From Cladosporium halotolerans (Eukaryota): a stretch of 64,000 bases of DNA. Below are positions 44,916 to 57,638 of this stretch, piece by piece. Within the stretch, counting starts at the first letter, position 1. The number at the start of each line of letters is the position of its first letter. The position numbers and the translations under genes were made by a program. The stretch spans positions 124,001 through 188,000 of the forward strand of contig NW_027191456.1 of NCBI RefSeq assembly GCF_011745625.1, read 5' to 3'. The notes beneath the pieces were generated by a model that was given only the letters and a program-made list of their open reading frames with translations, was not told the DNA's origin and did no database searches.

Positions 44916-46252
44916 TCATTCCTTGAAGCTGCCCCTTCCTCTGCGCTTCCTCACACTGCTAGGCCTGCTCCCACTGGTACTTTCCATGCTCGTTCCTATG
45001 CCTGAATCCAGGAAATAGTCACCGTCCTCATCTTCGTCATCTGCCTCAATACCAAGCGGAGGCACGTCCTCAAGCCGAACTTCAGTCGTGCCGTCCTCTT
45101 TCTGCTCCTCTTTGACCTCCGGCGAACGATACCGCAACGGCTGCTGCGTCGAAAGCGTAGGGAACGTCCGCTCTGTATCCGACAAGAAAGCATTCGCCTC
45201 CTCCTCAGAATCAACCTCCGTCTCCTCATCCTTAATCCGCACAGGCGCAGCCTCCGACTTAAACGCCGGCCCAAAGTACGCCGCCAACACAGCCCACGCG
45301 ACCCCAGCGCACACCATCTCCACGCTCCAGAACACACCAACGAACACCACAGCGCTGATAATCCGGTGATTGTACATCAGCCAGCGCAAGCCCCGGAAGC
45401 GCGCGCGGAAGACGGCTCGCGCGGAGTAAATCTGCATGCGGCCGGAGCTCTGCACCTCGAGCTTCAGCGCCGCGGGCACGGAGTCCGCGCCTCGCGCGAA
45501 ATTGGCGCCTTCGAAGACGCTGACGGTGAGTTTCTCGCTCTCGTGCCGGAAGCCCAGGAGGTACCAGGGGAGTTGCGTGGCGCGGTGCGCGAGCTCGACC
45601 ATGGTGGAGCGGTAGTGCAGGATCGCGGGGCGGCGCGATCTGGCGAGGACGGGGGCGGTTTCGGAGAGGAGCGTGGGCGCGAGGCCATCTTTGACGGTTT
45701 CCAGCAGTCCGGCGGAGCCTGCTTTCTTCTTGTCTCCTTTCACGGGCGCCAGCAGCGCGACGTCTAGCATGAAGTTCCCGACCGCTCTGTTCTCCCGAGT
45801 GCGCGGCAGCTCCAGTTCCAGCTTTACATCGTAGGCTTGCGCGCTGACGAGGTCGCCCTGCAAGCTGACCGTGCCGTGCGGGAAGGGATTGATGTTCCTA
45901 GCCAAATCCAGCTCTTGCGACGGGTGTTGGTACAAAGCGTCCCATTGGAGGTGGATGTCTTTCGCGAAGCCGATGCGCGGCACGTAGCTCCAGTAGAAAA
46001 GCGTGTAGGCCGTCGCCGCGGTCGCAAGTAGGAAGAGGGCTGTTGTGAACACGAGCGCGGTGGTCAGGTAGGCGCGCAGGGCGGGTTTCGAGAAGACGAG
46101 GCGGAAGGGCTTGAGCACGATGTTCTGGTGGGACGGTTAGCTGTGGTGTGCTGATGGAACGCTCGGGTTCGCTTGTAGTGTACCTTCAGCAGGCCAAAGA
46201 GACCCACTCTCCTAGGATCAGATTCATCGTCGTATCGGTGTTTGGAAGCCAT
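44916..46252 (-). CDS. Seipin (Fld1/BSCL2 family)
   Basis: Two TM segments flanking a lumenal domain with YDVKLELELPRTRENRAVGNFM, IYSARAVF and GLRWLMYNH; one 5' intron ~46125-46183. Confidence 0.88.
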
Positions 46253-47093
46253 GCTCCTCACTCTGTGTTGTGAGCATGGTGAATGTTAAGTTGTTTACCC
46301 TGCAACATGCGCGCTCGCTGAGAAAGCTGGAGTGACGTCGCTCGAGACACAGCCAGGCCATGGGACAGTCGCGGTCACGTTACCCTCGTACAATGCCACA
46401 AACATGTACCGTACTTACTCGAATATGACCAAATGCGTGATTGATTTCAGCGCAGTTGCACATGGGGTCTTGATACGATATTATTGGGGCGATAAGCAGT
46501 CGGGCATGCGGACGAACCTTTCGGGAGCGGAGGCAGACCTCGAAACAATCCATTACCAGGGGATACCAGACCGGGCTCAACTGCCGAAGGACGACCTCAT
46601 ATACATAATCCCGGTCCGTACCATACCAGTTTTTCGGCCTGAAACTGGCATTCCTTGCGTAAAAAAACTCAAGGACCCACTGCACAAGGCCGTCCGGTTT
46701 TCGCTGGACAAGGCTATATCAACGACCGCTGCCCCGGCACCTCGTCCACCTTATTTTCTTGGACTTCAAAAGCTGACTAAAATATTCTCATGCACGGTAT
46801 TACTATTACGCATTCTTAATCACGATGCTGGGGGGCCGGCCTTTTTTTTGCTATGTATTTTACAACGTACAAGTCATGAGCTGACCAAAGAAAGTGAGGA
46901 AGGAAAACAAACTAAGAGTACACGAAAACAGTCTGCCAGTCCTCCGAGGTGAATGAAAAAGGTGTCTGGCGAGCCTCGCCGCACGCCTCCAAGGCGAGCA
47001 AGATCTCGACGATGAAGCAAATGGAGCCTTCGGTCGACAAGCTCGGTAACCATGCTCTCATCTGACTATGCCGCATCATTATCCAATCCAGGA

Positions 47094-47710
47094 TCAGCAT
47101 ATGATCTCTATCTTCAGATTCACAGGAACACGGATTGTAGAGTGCATATCCTTCAGCAGGTTAGCCCACTCGGATCCGGTCATTTCTGGCAACATATCCA
47201 CAGGGTGGTACTCGCGCCTCATGTGGTCTGGCACATCCTCTTGGTCTTGGATGTGGATTCGAAGTTTTGTAAAACCATCGGGGCGGAAATTGCTTTTCAG
47301 AACCCGCCGTACCTCCTTCAGCAGCCTTGCCCTCGTTCTCAGCTTGTACAGGCGGGTGGGGTTGATCAAAGTGCCGGTGTCGCCGAGAACACAATCCACG
47401 TTTGTCCAGTGCATGAATTCGTTGGCGTTGACTTCCCTCCCCAGGATCTCGGCGGATCCGTACCAAGGGCGGACAATCCTGCTGTTGCTTGGGCTGCCTG
47501 GACCTGTGTCAACAAGCTCCTCCCTTGAGCGATGTCAGATCATACCATTGCTTCGATTAGGCCTCTCTCTGCTGTCTGCTGCTGACAGCAGCACTGGGTC
47601 GTTGACGAGGACAGGACCAACTCGGTTCGATCTCCGTGTCTTGGGCAAGCCTGCACGGGTGCTAATAGGCGAACGGGTCGCCATGGCAGGGTGGACTCTA
47701 GCCGCCATGG
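47094..47710 (-). CDS. Hypothetical lineage-specific protein (model uncertain)
   Basis: Protein-like C-terminal ORF 47094-47414, extendable upstream; no family recognised. Confidence 0.3.
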
Positions 47711-48703
47711 GCGATTCTCGAGCGGGTCGAAGAGACAATGGTTCGAGTGAAAAGTAAGACAAACTCTGTTCAATGCGCAGACAGAGGACCTTGTTATAAG
47801 GACCATTGCGAGGACTTTCAGAAGATGCAGCCCCTAATTGTCTGCAGCGTCTCTGCCTGAGGTCACCAACAGCGTTTTTGAAACCTTCGAGCTGGATGAC
47901 CATAACAGGTCGCTTGAAACGTCGCACAGGCAGAGCAAAATCATGCGCTCCGGTGCGCTTCCCGTCACCACATTTGCCCAAGAAAGCTGGATAGCGGTGC
48001 AGAAGATTCTCGAATGACTATTCCTTGGTATGATCCTTCTTAATCTAACCTGCCGCGACCGCACAATCTCTGGAGCGGGTGTGTCCTTCCGATGCAGGAG
48101 TTGCACACGAAACACCCTCTGGCAGACTCGAGGTACAATCACGGACTCCAACAGGATGACTCGGAAGCGGGTAGGGAAGTCGCTAACCAATTGGACACAA
48201 GCGTCGCATTCTTTAAGGTCGCGGCATAGAATATCTGACAGGTTTCATGTGGCCGCCTGCTGCGGCGCATGAGGGTGGCAGTCCTTGTCTCGCGAAATCA
48301 GCGCTGCAGCAGGCTGTGCTGCGCCTAGATCAATTGATACTTCTCGGCGCATTTTGCCGAAGTGGACCGGTGAAGACGTCTGACCAGGGTCAGTGGCACG
48401 CTGCACACGTGCGTTGAGGAGCGCAGCATCTGTGCAGATTGAATCGACGACAGGGCTTCGTTAGCATTCACTGGTGATTCCATTTCGTGTTAATGGACAG
48501 CCATAGTACCACCACTGTGAAAGACCTTCGGTGTCACGAGGTCGGGTCTGTTCAATTGAATAAGGACGAAGAAGCAAGTAACGAGTCTTACTAGTCGTTC
48601 ACGTTACACGGTTCTGGGTACAGCAATTTGATTTCCAAGTCTCCAAGCCATTCTTCCACAAAACACAGCTCGCGGCCAAAAGACTGGGGAAAAATTGACC
48701 GCC

Positions 48704-50824
48704 TCAATTACCCTTTGCATCGCCTGCTTTCTTCACCCGAACGAGTCCCGTCAGACCTCCCTCACCTGCACCATTTTTCGCAATGAAAGTAACCAGCGCT
48801 TCCCAAATGCTGGGGTCTCCATTTTTCTTGATAGGAATCTTTTGTTTCTTGGTTCCCTCGATAGGCCCTTCATCTTCCCTCGAAATGAAGACCGCAACAA
48901 TGGTGTCACTGTCATCGATTTCGTCCGCGATAGTGTTTTTGATCGATACGAACAGCTTCTCGTGAGTCTTTGCCTTCACCAGATCGACGACGCCGACCGA
49001 CTCCTCCTGCCCCTGGAGGTACAGGTGAAGCATCCTCTTTGTCAGGAACTCGTTTACCTCTGAGGATTCTCCCATAGTGGTTGCTGCATCGCTTGTAGCT
49101 TCTTCTTTATGCTGGGCTGGCATGTTATCAGGGCCCCTATCATCAGCGTTGTCAATTCGCGCATTGCGTGTATCCATCGACAGTGGACGTGCTACGTCCT
49201 GAACACTCTAAGTTGGTTTACTGGAGTTTGAGGCAGCAGTGTCGCCCTCGTTGATTCCTTGGGCTGCGTTCGAGTTGCGAGGCGGGATAGATTCGTGAGT
49301 GAAGGGAGCAGAGTGCTGTGGGTCTGGTGGTCCACCTTCGGCTAAACTTGTTTTGGGGGACTCGTTCGCTGATGCCTGGCGCCTGGCTTCGGTCAGCCAC
49401 TCCAGACCATGCAAGCTATTCAGATTATCTCGAGGAGTCGTCTTTGCTGCACTGGATGGTGTTGGAGCAGGAGTCTCATCGACTGTTGAATGGGGCACGG
49501 GAATTTGAGTTTGACTCGGGTTTTTTGACCGCTGCGGTAGAGAAGCAGGGCTGCTGGCCATGTGAATTGCCGAGGCCTCTGTGGAACCGGGGTTGCGCAT
49601 AATTTGTTGAGTTTCCTGTCGTGTGCTGGGTGTAGAGCCGCATTGGGTCCGACTCATCAGATTCTTCGGACCTCCACGGACGACTTTGGAGGGATCCGGT
49701 GCCGCAGTTGCCGAGTGCGAAGAACCGTGAAGAGCCTTTCCCCCTGAAAGGGCCTTCCGCTGGGAGTCGCAGGCATCGTTTGTGGATTTCGCAAGCTTGC
49801 CTGGCGTCAGTTTGAGGCAGACGAGGAGACTCGGCTTCGGGGCGGTTACCTCATTGTTGAGCTTTGGTTTCTTAGCACCGACGTTCTCCTGAGCCGCAGG
49901 ACGCTTACCAAGGTTGGTCGCACCCTTTAAAGGGCTCGCGCCCGGTTCCTCAAGTGAGTTGCCTGATGAGGCATTGACTGCAACTTCCGAGGGAAGAGGA
50001 GTGTTGTCACCATGATTAGATTGGCCATGGGACGGTGACATCTCGGGCTTTTTGCGATTTTCAGCTCTTAGGCCATCCAACTTTGTCTGTGTGTTGCCCA
50101 TTGATGGATTTTCAGGGCGCATAGGTGCTGTTGGAGCGGTAAATTGTGTCATGACATTCCCACCGCTCGACTGCGGATTGTTGTCACGGGTTTGTTTACG
50201 CCTTGGAGTTGTTGCTACGTAGTCTGGGTCCTTGTCGATTTCCTTCTCGTATTCGGTAAGCCAGTCAATGTCGTCGCTATCTCCAGGGCCTTCAGACTCT
50301 TGCGAGTTCGGGAGGCAGTCTGAGTCTGAAGGTTCCCAAGCTTGAGGAAGGTTCTTCGTGTGGTTCCAGTGGTAGCGCAGGATCTTGCCGCGAACAAGAT
50401 TGTAGAAATGTTGCCACAGGCTAACCGAACGTCAGTAATAGCAGCAGATTTTGTCATTCACTACTCACAGGTCACGGTCGTCGGAGTTAGAGTAATACAA
50501 GTTCCTTGGGTAAAGGCGATGGGTAGCGGTTTCGTGTTCGTTGTCGGGAGAATCAAACAGCCAGTAGGGACGTGGCTCGCTGGGACCAGGCCACAATGAT
50601 GGTCCTAGCTGTTGAAAAAGCGCTTGTGCCTCGCGCTTGATACCTTCCGAAGTGCGAATACGCTTTGTGCTATAACTCACAAAGCGAGAATTGATCGTAT
50701 CGAGACCGGACAAGAGACGAGAGAGCACAGGATGATCCCGGACACCCTTCGCTCTTGATAAGCCTCTGCTGAAGTTGAAGCCGAGTCGGATTTCGAGTTC
50801 AAGAACACCTAATGTACCATCCAT
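48704..50824 (-). CDS. Hypothetical multi-exon protein with a disordered middle and NLS-like KRPAA...AKKPK
   Basis: Three consecutive minus-strand ORFs with plausible introns (~50422-50468 and ~50172-50219; junction near 49.2 kb unresolved); no family recognised. Confidence 0.5.
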
Positions 50825-51752
50825 GATGCATCGGTAAGAGGGTGTAGCTGAAGGTGTAGGAGGGAGTTGGTCTAAGCGTGTACGAAAGCGCGGCGCCGGC
50901 CTCCACTGACAGTAGAAGTCAAACGCAGACAGAAAATTCACCTGCAGGTAGGTGGCGTAGCGAGCAAACGGTCCACCTGCAGAAGTGAAGGCTGAGAGCG
51001 GCGGCGTGCAGCTGCTGCCTGGATATCCAATTCCAGGACTTCTAGACATCATTCTCAGCCTAGCCCATACCAAAGGCAAGAAAAGGGATTGCGGAAGCGC
51101 CTGAATCTGTGCCAGCTCCAATTGCATGGACAGCTGCATGTCAAAGGGGCTCTGACTCGGTAAGCGCTAGAACAATGAAACAGAACTGCTCGCTAGCCCT
51201 TGCTACCATTTTCTCTTGGGCACTGCGAGTTTCCCCCTAGCCTTGTCGGCCTGTGTGTCTTCCATTACATGTCAATTTAAGGGTTATAGATAGATGGAGA
51301 CAGCTGTGAAGTCATATTCACTTCTGACGTGCGATCACGATTTTGCGAAGGCCCTTGCAGTCAGTCACGGCATGAAAATTGCGAATCTCCTAGGATTCAT
51401 GCCAGTGACGATACCTATCACAATCTGCAGGCTGAAGGCCACAGCTTTTCGCTCGGGACGCCCTTCCACTCTCCCCGCGCCTGCCAAGGCGGCATCGACT
51501 AGGATTGAGATCCTATGTGCAGGCGCCGCATCGGATGTGACAGGCACAGGTGTAGTGGGCATGGAAGACAGAACATCTCGCTAGCGCTTGCTGAAGAAAC
51601 GCCGCATAGACCGGCTTCAGCTGCCAAGTTCCTGCGCCCCTTTCCCGAGTTTCAAGTCTCGATATCTTGGAAAAATGGCTAGATGACTTTGGGTTATATC
51701 TGTGTCAACGTATACTGTACAAGCTGTATTCATACCTGAGGCCCTTGGTAGC

Positions 51753-52937
51753 CTAGTTCTCGCCAAACATGAAGATGCCCTTCCCGCTCCTATATCCCTC
51801 CAAGGTACCCTGGACGGCGTCCACCAGCTCCTGTTGCTTGGTCCCAACATTCCAGTGCACGGGAGCCATAGGGGTATCCTGGAACTTTCCCTGCCTCGTG
51901 AGATCCAGCACCTCGTCGACGCACTTCTTCTTCTCCTCGGGGTTGTTCTTGCTCCACTTGCTGACCCAGAAGCCATCAAAGCTAATGTTCTTGAAAATCA
52001 GGAGTGGCGTAGGAAGTGTCACGGGCTGCTTGGACATGGCGCCGTATGTGACGATGTGTGCGCCTTCGGAAAGGTGCTTGGCCATGTTGGTGACGAGTTT
52101 GCCACCAACACAGTTCAACCCTAGCTTTACTTGCTCGCGACCACCATTCGTGAGCTCCTTAATCCGATCTTTGAATCCCCTATCCGCAACTTCTTCGTCG
52201 GTGACAACAATGTCAGCACCCAGGGATTCGAGGTCCTTCTTCATTTCCTCAAAACCAGTATCACGTTTTCGCACAATGTTGATGCTCTTGTAGCCCCAAA
52301 GCTTGCCCAGCTGAATCGCAGCGCGACCGACACCAGAGTTCGCACCGTTCTGCATGAACCAGTCGCCAGGCTCCAATGTCGCGAAGTCCTTGAGCATGCG
52401 GTATGCGGTGCACGGGTTGATGCTGACTGTGCCGACTTGTTCGGGTTTGAGGCCCTCCTTGTTCTCGATTTTGAGAAGCGGATCCGCGGTGGTCTGCGCA
52501 TGTGTCCTCCATGTTCCGAAGCCAGGTGCTTTTTGAATGACCCAATCGCCCTTCTGCAGACCCTTCACACCCGATCCCACGGCCATGACTTCTGCGACGC
52601 CTTCATTTCCGCCGACTGCCAGAGCTTCGGCGCTGCCCAACTCCGTGGTGAATGTTGGTTTTGAAGGGTAGACACCTTGAATCTGGTTGATATCCGCCGG
52701 GTTGATTGGAGAAGCCAGGAACCGTAGGTTTACAAGGTTGCCATGAGGCTGGCTGATGGAATGGCCGTGGAATCGCAAAACATCTTTCGGCTCGCCATAG
52801 TCCTGAAATGTGAGGCACTTTGCTTGCTCGTAACCGTAGACGGAGACCGAGCGGGATTGCTGGGCATTGATGGGCGCAGGTCGAGTCTGGCGCAGGGCCG
52901 TCGCGGCTGCGCGAAAAGCTGCCCTTTTTGCGAACAT
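51753..52937 (-). CDS. ETR1: Mitochondrial 2-enoyl thioester reductase (MDR family)
   Basis: Arg/Ala-rich presequence from the ATG at 52937; ASPINPADINQIQGVYP, GGNEGV, GTWRTH, INPCTAYRML, QNGANSGVG, VTYGAMSK. Confidence 0.92.
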   Translation of the reverse strand: MFAKRAAFRAAATALRQTRPAPINAQQSRSVSVYGYEQAKCLTFQDYGEPKDVLRFHGHSISQPHGNLVNLRFLASPINPADINQIQGVYPSKPTFTTELGSAEALAVGGNEGVAEVMAVGSGVKGLQKGDWVIQKAPGFGTWRTHAQTTADPLLKIENKEGLKPEQVGTVSINPCTAYRMLKDFATLEPGDWFMQNGANSGVGRAAIQLGKLWGYKSINIVRKRDTGFEEMKKDLESLGADIVVTDEEVADRGFKDRIKELTNGGREQVKLGLNCVGGKLVTNMAKHLSEGAHIVTYGAMSKQPVTLPTPLLIFKNISFDGFWVSKWSKNNPEEKKKCVDEVLDLTRQGKFQDTPMAPVHWNVGTKQQELVDAVQGTLEGYRSGKGIFMFGEN

Positions 52938-53498
52938 TTTGCTGGCAATGGACAAAAAGAAGGTGGTATCTGTCGTTCACTTAGGCTTATGGAATGTCCG
53001 TGAGCATAAGTAGCTTGAGCTTTGATGCGCGATGACGTCGGGATAACCGTCGGCTTAGCGGAACTCTAATTTATCTACCTACCATACATGTACCCTATAC
53101 CTACACCTTATCGCGCAAATTGTCGCGATTTTACTCTTATGAGTGTACGAACGGATAGAGTGTTAGCTTTGCTTTACTCATACAAGCGACGGGACAACTG
53201 TCCACAATAGTGATCAATAGCCATACACACGGCCTCGAGGCCGCCGTAAGTTCGATACGTCGATGAAACGCGAGTAGCGCATGCCTTTTGCCAAATTACG
53301 TACGGCCGTGTGGTCATTGAATGACTATTAAATTTCCCGGAAACTCTTCTGCCTTGGTAAATTTTATGTTCTGCAATTGATTCATATCTTCCGTACCAAA
53401 CTACGCTCCGGTCCACAGCGTATTTGTTGCTTGTAGGCAAGAGTTTTGATATGCCGCTGTTTCGGTGTGCGTCAGTAGAGGCTGACCATCGTACCCAA

Positions 53499-53600
53499 CA
53501 CGGCATCTAACCACGGTTTCTGACCATGAATATCGATGAATCGTCGGCCATGGTTTTCGACTACGATTCCAAGCAACGGTATCTGACCACGGTATCTGAC
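53499..53600 (+). repeat. Degenerate 13-bp minisatellite, consensus CACGGTATCTGAC
   Basis: Units cacggcatctaac, cacggtttctgac, (degenerate stretch), catggttttcgac, tacgattccaagc, aacggtatctgac, cacggtatctgac. Confidence 0.7.
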
Positions 53601-53908
53601 CAGACTCGGCAAGTGAAAGCCAGCTAGGTACCGCTTTCCCTACCGTCTTGCTCAATCACGCCGGTCAACAGCATTACGAGAAATTGAATGCGCCATCTTG
53701 CGCATTACCTGCCAGCTTCCATACTCATCTACAATTAATCCGTGAATGTCATCCACAACAAATGTCAGAATCAAAAGAACCGTTGTCGCCTTGTTGAACA
53801 TGCACTTCCTGCACTATCCTAGCACCATTCGGCGTTCCTATGCGTGCTGTCCGCATACCGACCCAGCTCTCTTGCCAGTGCTCGGTATCATCTCTAGCGA
53901 TTCAGGAG

Positions 53909-54136
53909 ATGTGTCTCCCCTTCAAGCCCTACTTAGAACGTCGCCATACGGCATCCGCGGCCCGAAAGGCGGAGAAGCTAGAGAAACACGACCATCAAAG
54001 GTGGAACGAGGACCTTCTGCGGATCGCGCTGAAAAAGGTCAGCTCGGTGAACAGTCTTACGCACAAGGACCCCGCTGCTGCTGTGCAAAAGCGTAGGGAG
54101 ATGCGCGAGGTTGGGTCGAAGGGAGGGCTTGGGTAA
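53909..54136 (+). CDS. Possible small basic hypothetical protein (75 aa)
   Basis: ATG-initiated MCLPFKPYLERRH...GGLG* with helical charged composition; no other support. Confidence 0.25.
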   Translation: MCLPFKPYLERRHTASAARKAEKLEKHDHQRWNEDLLRIALKKVSSVNSLTHKDPAAAVQKRREMREVGSKGGLG

Positions 54137-54693
54137 GGTCGAGGGTGTAAAGATGGTTGCAGGGAAGCCGAATGCCAAGACCTCGTAGTTTGGGTTGCCG
54201 TAGGTGGATGGTTAGAGGTTGGAAGCAAGTGTGTCACGTCATTCAACCGAGCCTTTTCACGAAGCTTGGGAGCAGAGCGATTGGAAATGCGAGTGTGAGA
54301 TTTTGCGACAGGACTTTTTCTCTCCAAATGGGCGACAATCAATTCGTCGCTGTGTTCATGTGTAGTTTGTCGTACACATATGTTTCAAAGTACAGGTCTC
54401 GATAAACAGTCGTACCAACGCAGAAGGGGTATGCCGCTCAACTCCTGGTGCAGAAAAAAAGCAACCTAGACCAAAGAGAACACAGAAAACAGGGAATGCA
54501 CATAAGAAACCCTTCCTCGGGAAGGTACCGTCGGATAGCGCCCGCGCGAGGAAAGACCATCCAGTGGCCGTTCGATGCCATACAGTCGTCGCTTCTCATC
54601 GTCTTTCAATACCACGCCATTCTTGCCCTATGCATGCATGCAGGTCCTGACGACTTGGCTGATGAATGTGGGTCCATGTCTCAGAGGCCAGGC

Positions 54694-55446
54694 TCACCTT
54701 ATGAACATGTTTTCATCCCAGCCCAGGTCTCCGCCGTTGGCAGCGCCGTTACCAAGAGTCTTGATCTCTGGCAGCAGCGGTGCTGGTTTATAGTCCACCT
54801 CCACTTTCTTTTCGCTTTCTCTTGTCGCCGGCCGATCCTCAACTACGGCGTCTAGGTCGGCGCCTCCGTTCAGCATGAACATGCCGCTCTTGCGCTTGAA
54901 CCAACTTCCGGACTTGCTGCGCTGGCGCATCTGCGGCTGAATGGTCTGAGCCGAGGCCGGGCGGCTGAAGGACTCTGGCTGTGCTTGTTTGGGCGATGTC
55001 TCGACGGATGAAGCGCGGTTACCGTGGAGAGAGGTGCGGGAAGAGCTGAACGAGTTGCGGAGATTGTTGAGCGAGAAAAGCTTGCGAACCGACTGTCCCT
55101 GCTTCTGCTCGGGTATTTTGGAGGGCGTACGGGTTTTGCTGGCCGGCGACGCCGGCGTTTGGAAGCTGTCGGCGCGGTCCAAGTTGCGGTCAGAAGATGT
55201 CGAGGACGACATTTTGGCGAGTCCCTCGTTCTCAGGCTCAGGCGTGGGCGGAAACGTGCCAGCGATGTCCTCGGCAGATGTAGGGTGCGACGAGAGAGGT
55301 CCTCCGCCTGCGGTGGGTGGACGAGCAGCGTAAGCGGGCGACTTGGGAGGAGTATCTAGCGGGGCGGGAATGTTGGTGCCGGCCGTGAGTGAAAAGTCGA
55401 TGGGTGTGAGCGTGAGGAACGACTTGCGGCTCATGTCCGTGGCCAT
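54694..55446 (-). CDS. Hypothetical disordered Ser/Pro-rich protein
   Basis: ATG at 55446 in good context (aaaATGG); short motif-like segments (LTLTPIDFSLTAGTNIPAP, VRKLFSL, WFKRKS, LGWDENMF). Confidence 0.7.
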   Translation of the reverse strand: MATDMSRKSFLTLTPIDFSLTAGTNIPAPLDTPPKSPAYAARPPTAGGGPLSSHPTSAEDIAGTFPPTPEPENEGLAKMSSSTSSDRNLDRADSFQTPASPASKTRTPSKIPEQKQGQSVRKLFSLNNLRNSFSSSRTSLHGNRASSVETSPKQAQPESFSRPASAQTIQPQMRQRSKSGSWFKRKSGMFMLNGGADLDAVVEDRPATRESEKKVEVDYKPAPLLPEIKTLGNGAANGGDLGWDENMFIR

Positions 55447-56453
55447 TTTCACTTTGGCTGGGTGCAGGGATGGGCGCAAATGAGGTACTGTACGACCGTG
55501 CAAGGGTCTCGCGCTGGGGAAACCTAGGCGTGTTCGTACAACGAGGACGATGAAACGGCACAGGACGAGGCGTACGAGGACCAATGCTTTCACGGCGGGC
55601 TCGGCGGCACTAGGCTGACGCAAAACGGGTGCACACGATGATCGCGGCGACGGACATGCAGAGGATTAAATAGGAGACGCGGTGTTAAGAGCGATTCATG
55701 CCCTACATGTGAACTCAGGGCGAGATGCAGGCCATGACAGCCGACCTGCCAAATCAACCAATCGGGCGCTTCTCGAACACGAATTCAGCCGCGGCAAGCG
55801 GCTTCAGACTAGTCACGAGCACGGAGGAGTGCCGCCATACAAGCGCCTGTCCCTTAGACTGCGACCTTGCGAATCATGCAAAAGTGTAGCCGATCATAAC
55901 GATGGAAGCTTCCATTTTTCGGTCCCTACAAAAAAATCCAGGGTTCCTAGGGCCAAAGGTTCGCGAGCTCACAGCTCTCCACATCCGGTTTCAGTCCTAA
56001 ACCTTGAAACTGCGCGGTTCGCACTCGCGTGGCTCGGGACCGGTTTGCCGCCCCGCCGGCTCGTCCACCGTTGTGTAGGCGAGGCACCAAGACGAGGCCA
56101 GCGGCAGCATACGGCGTGTGTTCGCAATGCATATTTTACCTTCGTCCTCCTCGTGTGAAGTCCAAGCTGTTATGGAAGAGTAATGTAGCCAATGATGGTC
56201 GCAGCCTTGCAAGGCTCGCTAATCGTTTCACATCCATCTGAGTTCGAGACATCCCCGTGGTACACGGGTCGCGCTAGGCAGAATCAGGCACGCCTGCCGG
56301 GCTGCCTCGACCGCCTCCAAACCTCACTTCGTCCGCACGACGAGCCATCACACACACACGTGCGACGGCCGTCATATGTGTCGTCGCCTCCGTACAGATA
56401 TCACACGTATCCGAACTTGCCCTATTTTCCCACACAAACAGGCGACAACCATT

Positions 56454-56848
56454 ATGGCCGACACCGCGGAGAGTTACGAGAAAGCGCTCGAGCATCTTGA
56501 ACACCTTCAAACTCAGGTAAGCCGAGTGTTTCGCCCCTGAAGTAATCGCAAGCAACATCTTCTCACGATTCTCGAAAGCTCGATGCCCTACGCTCAACCC
56601 TCCCAAACTTGGTCTCGCCACTCATCAAGCCGCAAACCAGCAAAGCACAACTGTTTGCGGACATCAAGAAATCCGCCACCACATCCACCAACCAGCTCGC
56701 ATCGTTCCGTAATGACTGGAACTCCGAGCAAACACAGCAACTACTCTCCAAGTCTCGCGAAAGCGAGCAAAAAGACCCAGATATGAGCAAAGGCCAGGAA
56801 GTGGCGGCATTCGGGTGGAGTGAGAAAGAAGAGAAGCAGAGTTCATGA
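56454..56848 (+). CDS. Small helical protein, Mediator subunit Med27-like
   Basis: Exon 56454-56516, intron 56517-56578, exon 2: ALEHLEHLQTQ/LDALRSTLPNLVSPL...LLSKSRES. Resembles the fungal Med27 family from memory. Confidence 0.6.
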
Positions 56849-56954
56849 GCATCCCACTTATCACGACATTGATGTTGTCCTCGTAAAGACAGCATTTCGC
56901 CACTAATGATCTACGACAAATAATACCACCCAGTCCGCCGACTCCAGCAATCTC

Positions 56955-57638
56955 TCAAACTCGCAACGGCCTCCCGCCCGGCCACAGCCCAGCGCTCAAA
57001 GGCACCCGACTAAACCACGTCCCACCCGCCCTCTGATAGCTCAATGGATTCGTATCGCTCCTCTTCGCTCCCGGCTTCCACTGCGCATCCATCCACTTGC
57101 TCTCCGGATTTGCACCCCACCACAGACTCGGGTGCTCGTACTTGCGCGTTCGGAAATTGTACTGCGCGCCGCTGCGCCAACTGCCCTTCGTCCAGCTCGC
57201 ATCCCAGGAATCGACACTTTCTGCGCGGATTGCATCCGGATCCAGATATTGCTGCCTTATACGCTCCGGGTCTTTCGGCCACCGACTCCACTGCCATTTC
57301 TGCGGGCGGTCGCGCATCAGCGTGCGCTTGCCGCTATTGATCGTGACGAAGACATCAGGACCCTCGTTTGTTAAGGCATCTTTCAGTCGGCCCCATGTGC
57401 CGCAGCGCTTGCCGTCGTTTGGGCGAGTCCAGTAGTACTTTGGCTTGAACTTGCGGATTTTGAGGTCGCCTTTGTACCAGCCGGCGCCGGGGAAGTGTTG
57501 GACGAAAGGCTCTTCTCTGGGGTAACGGCGGCGTGGACCAACGTCGGCCCATGGGCTGTAGCCACGGACATTGTTCCAATGGTTTTGTTGAAGGTTATTC
57601 GCCTGTGGGTTTGGGGCCCATTGGTGGGGAAGTGCCAT
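56955..57638 (-). CDS. Hypothetical Trp/Arg-rich protein
   Basis: Intronless ORF from the ATG at 57638 (MALPHQW...), GC3-rich codon usage. Confidence 0.6.
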   Translation of the reverse strand: MALPHQWAPNPQANNLQQNHWNNVRGYSPWADVGPRRRYPREEPFVQHFPGAGWYKGDLKIRKFKPKYYWTRPNDGKRCGTWGRLKDALTNEGPDVFVTINSGKRTLMRDRPQKWQWSRWPKDPERIRQQYLDPDAIRAESVDSWDASWTKGSWRSGAQYNFRTRKYEHPSLWWGANPESKWMDAQWKPGAKRSDTNPLSYQRAGGTWFSRVPLSAGLWPGGRPLRV

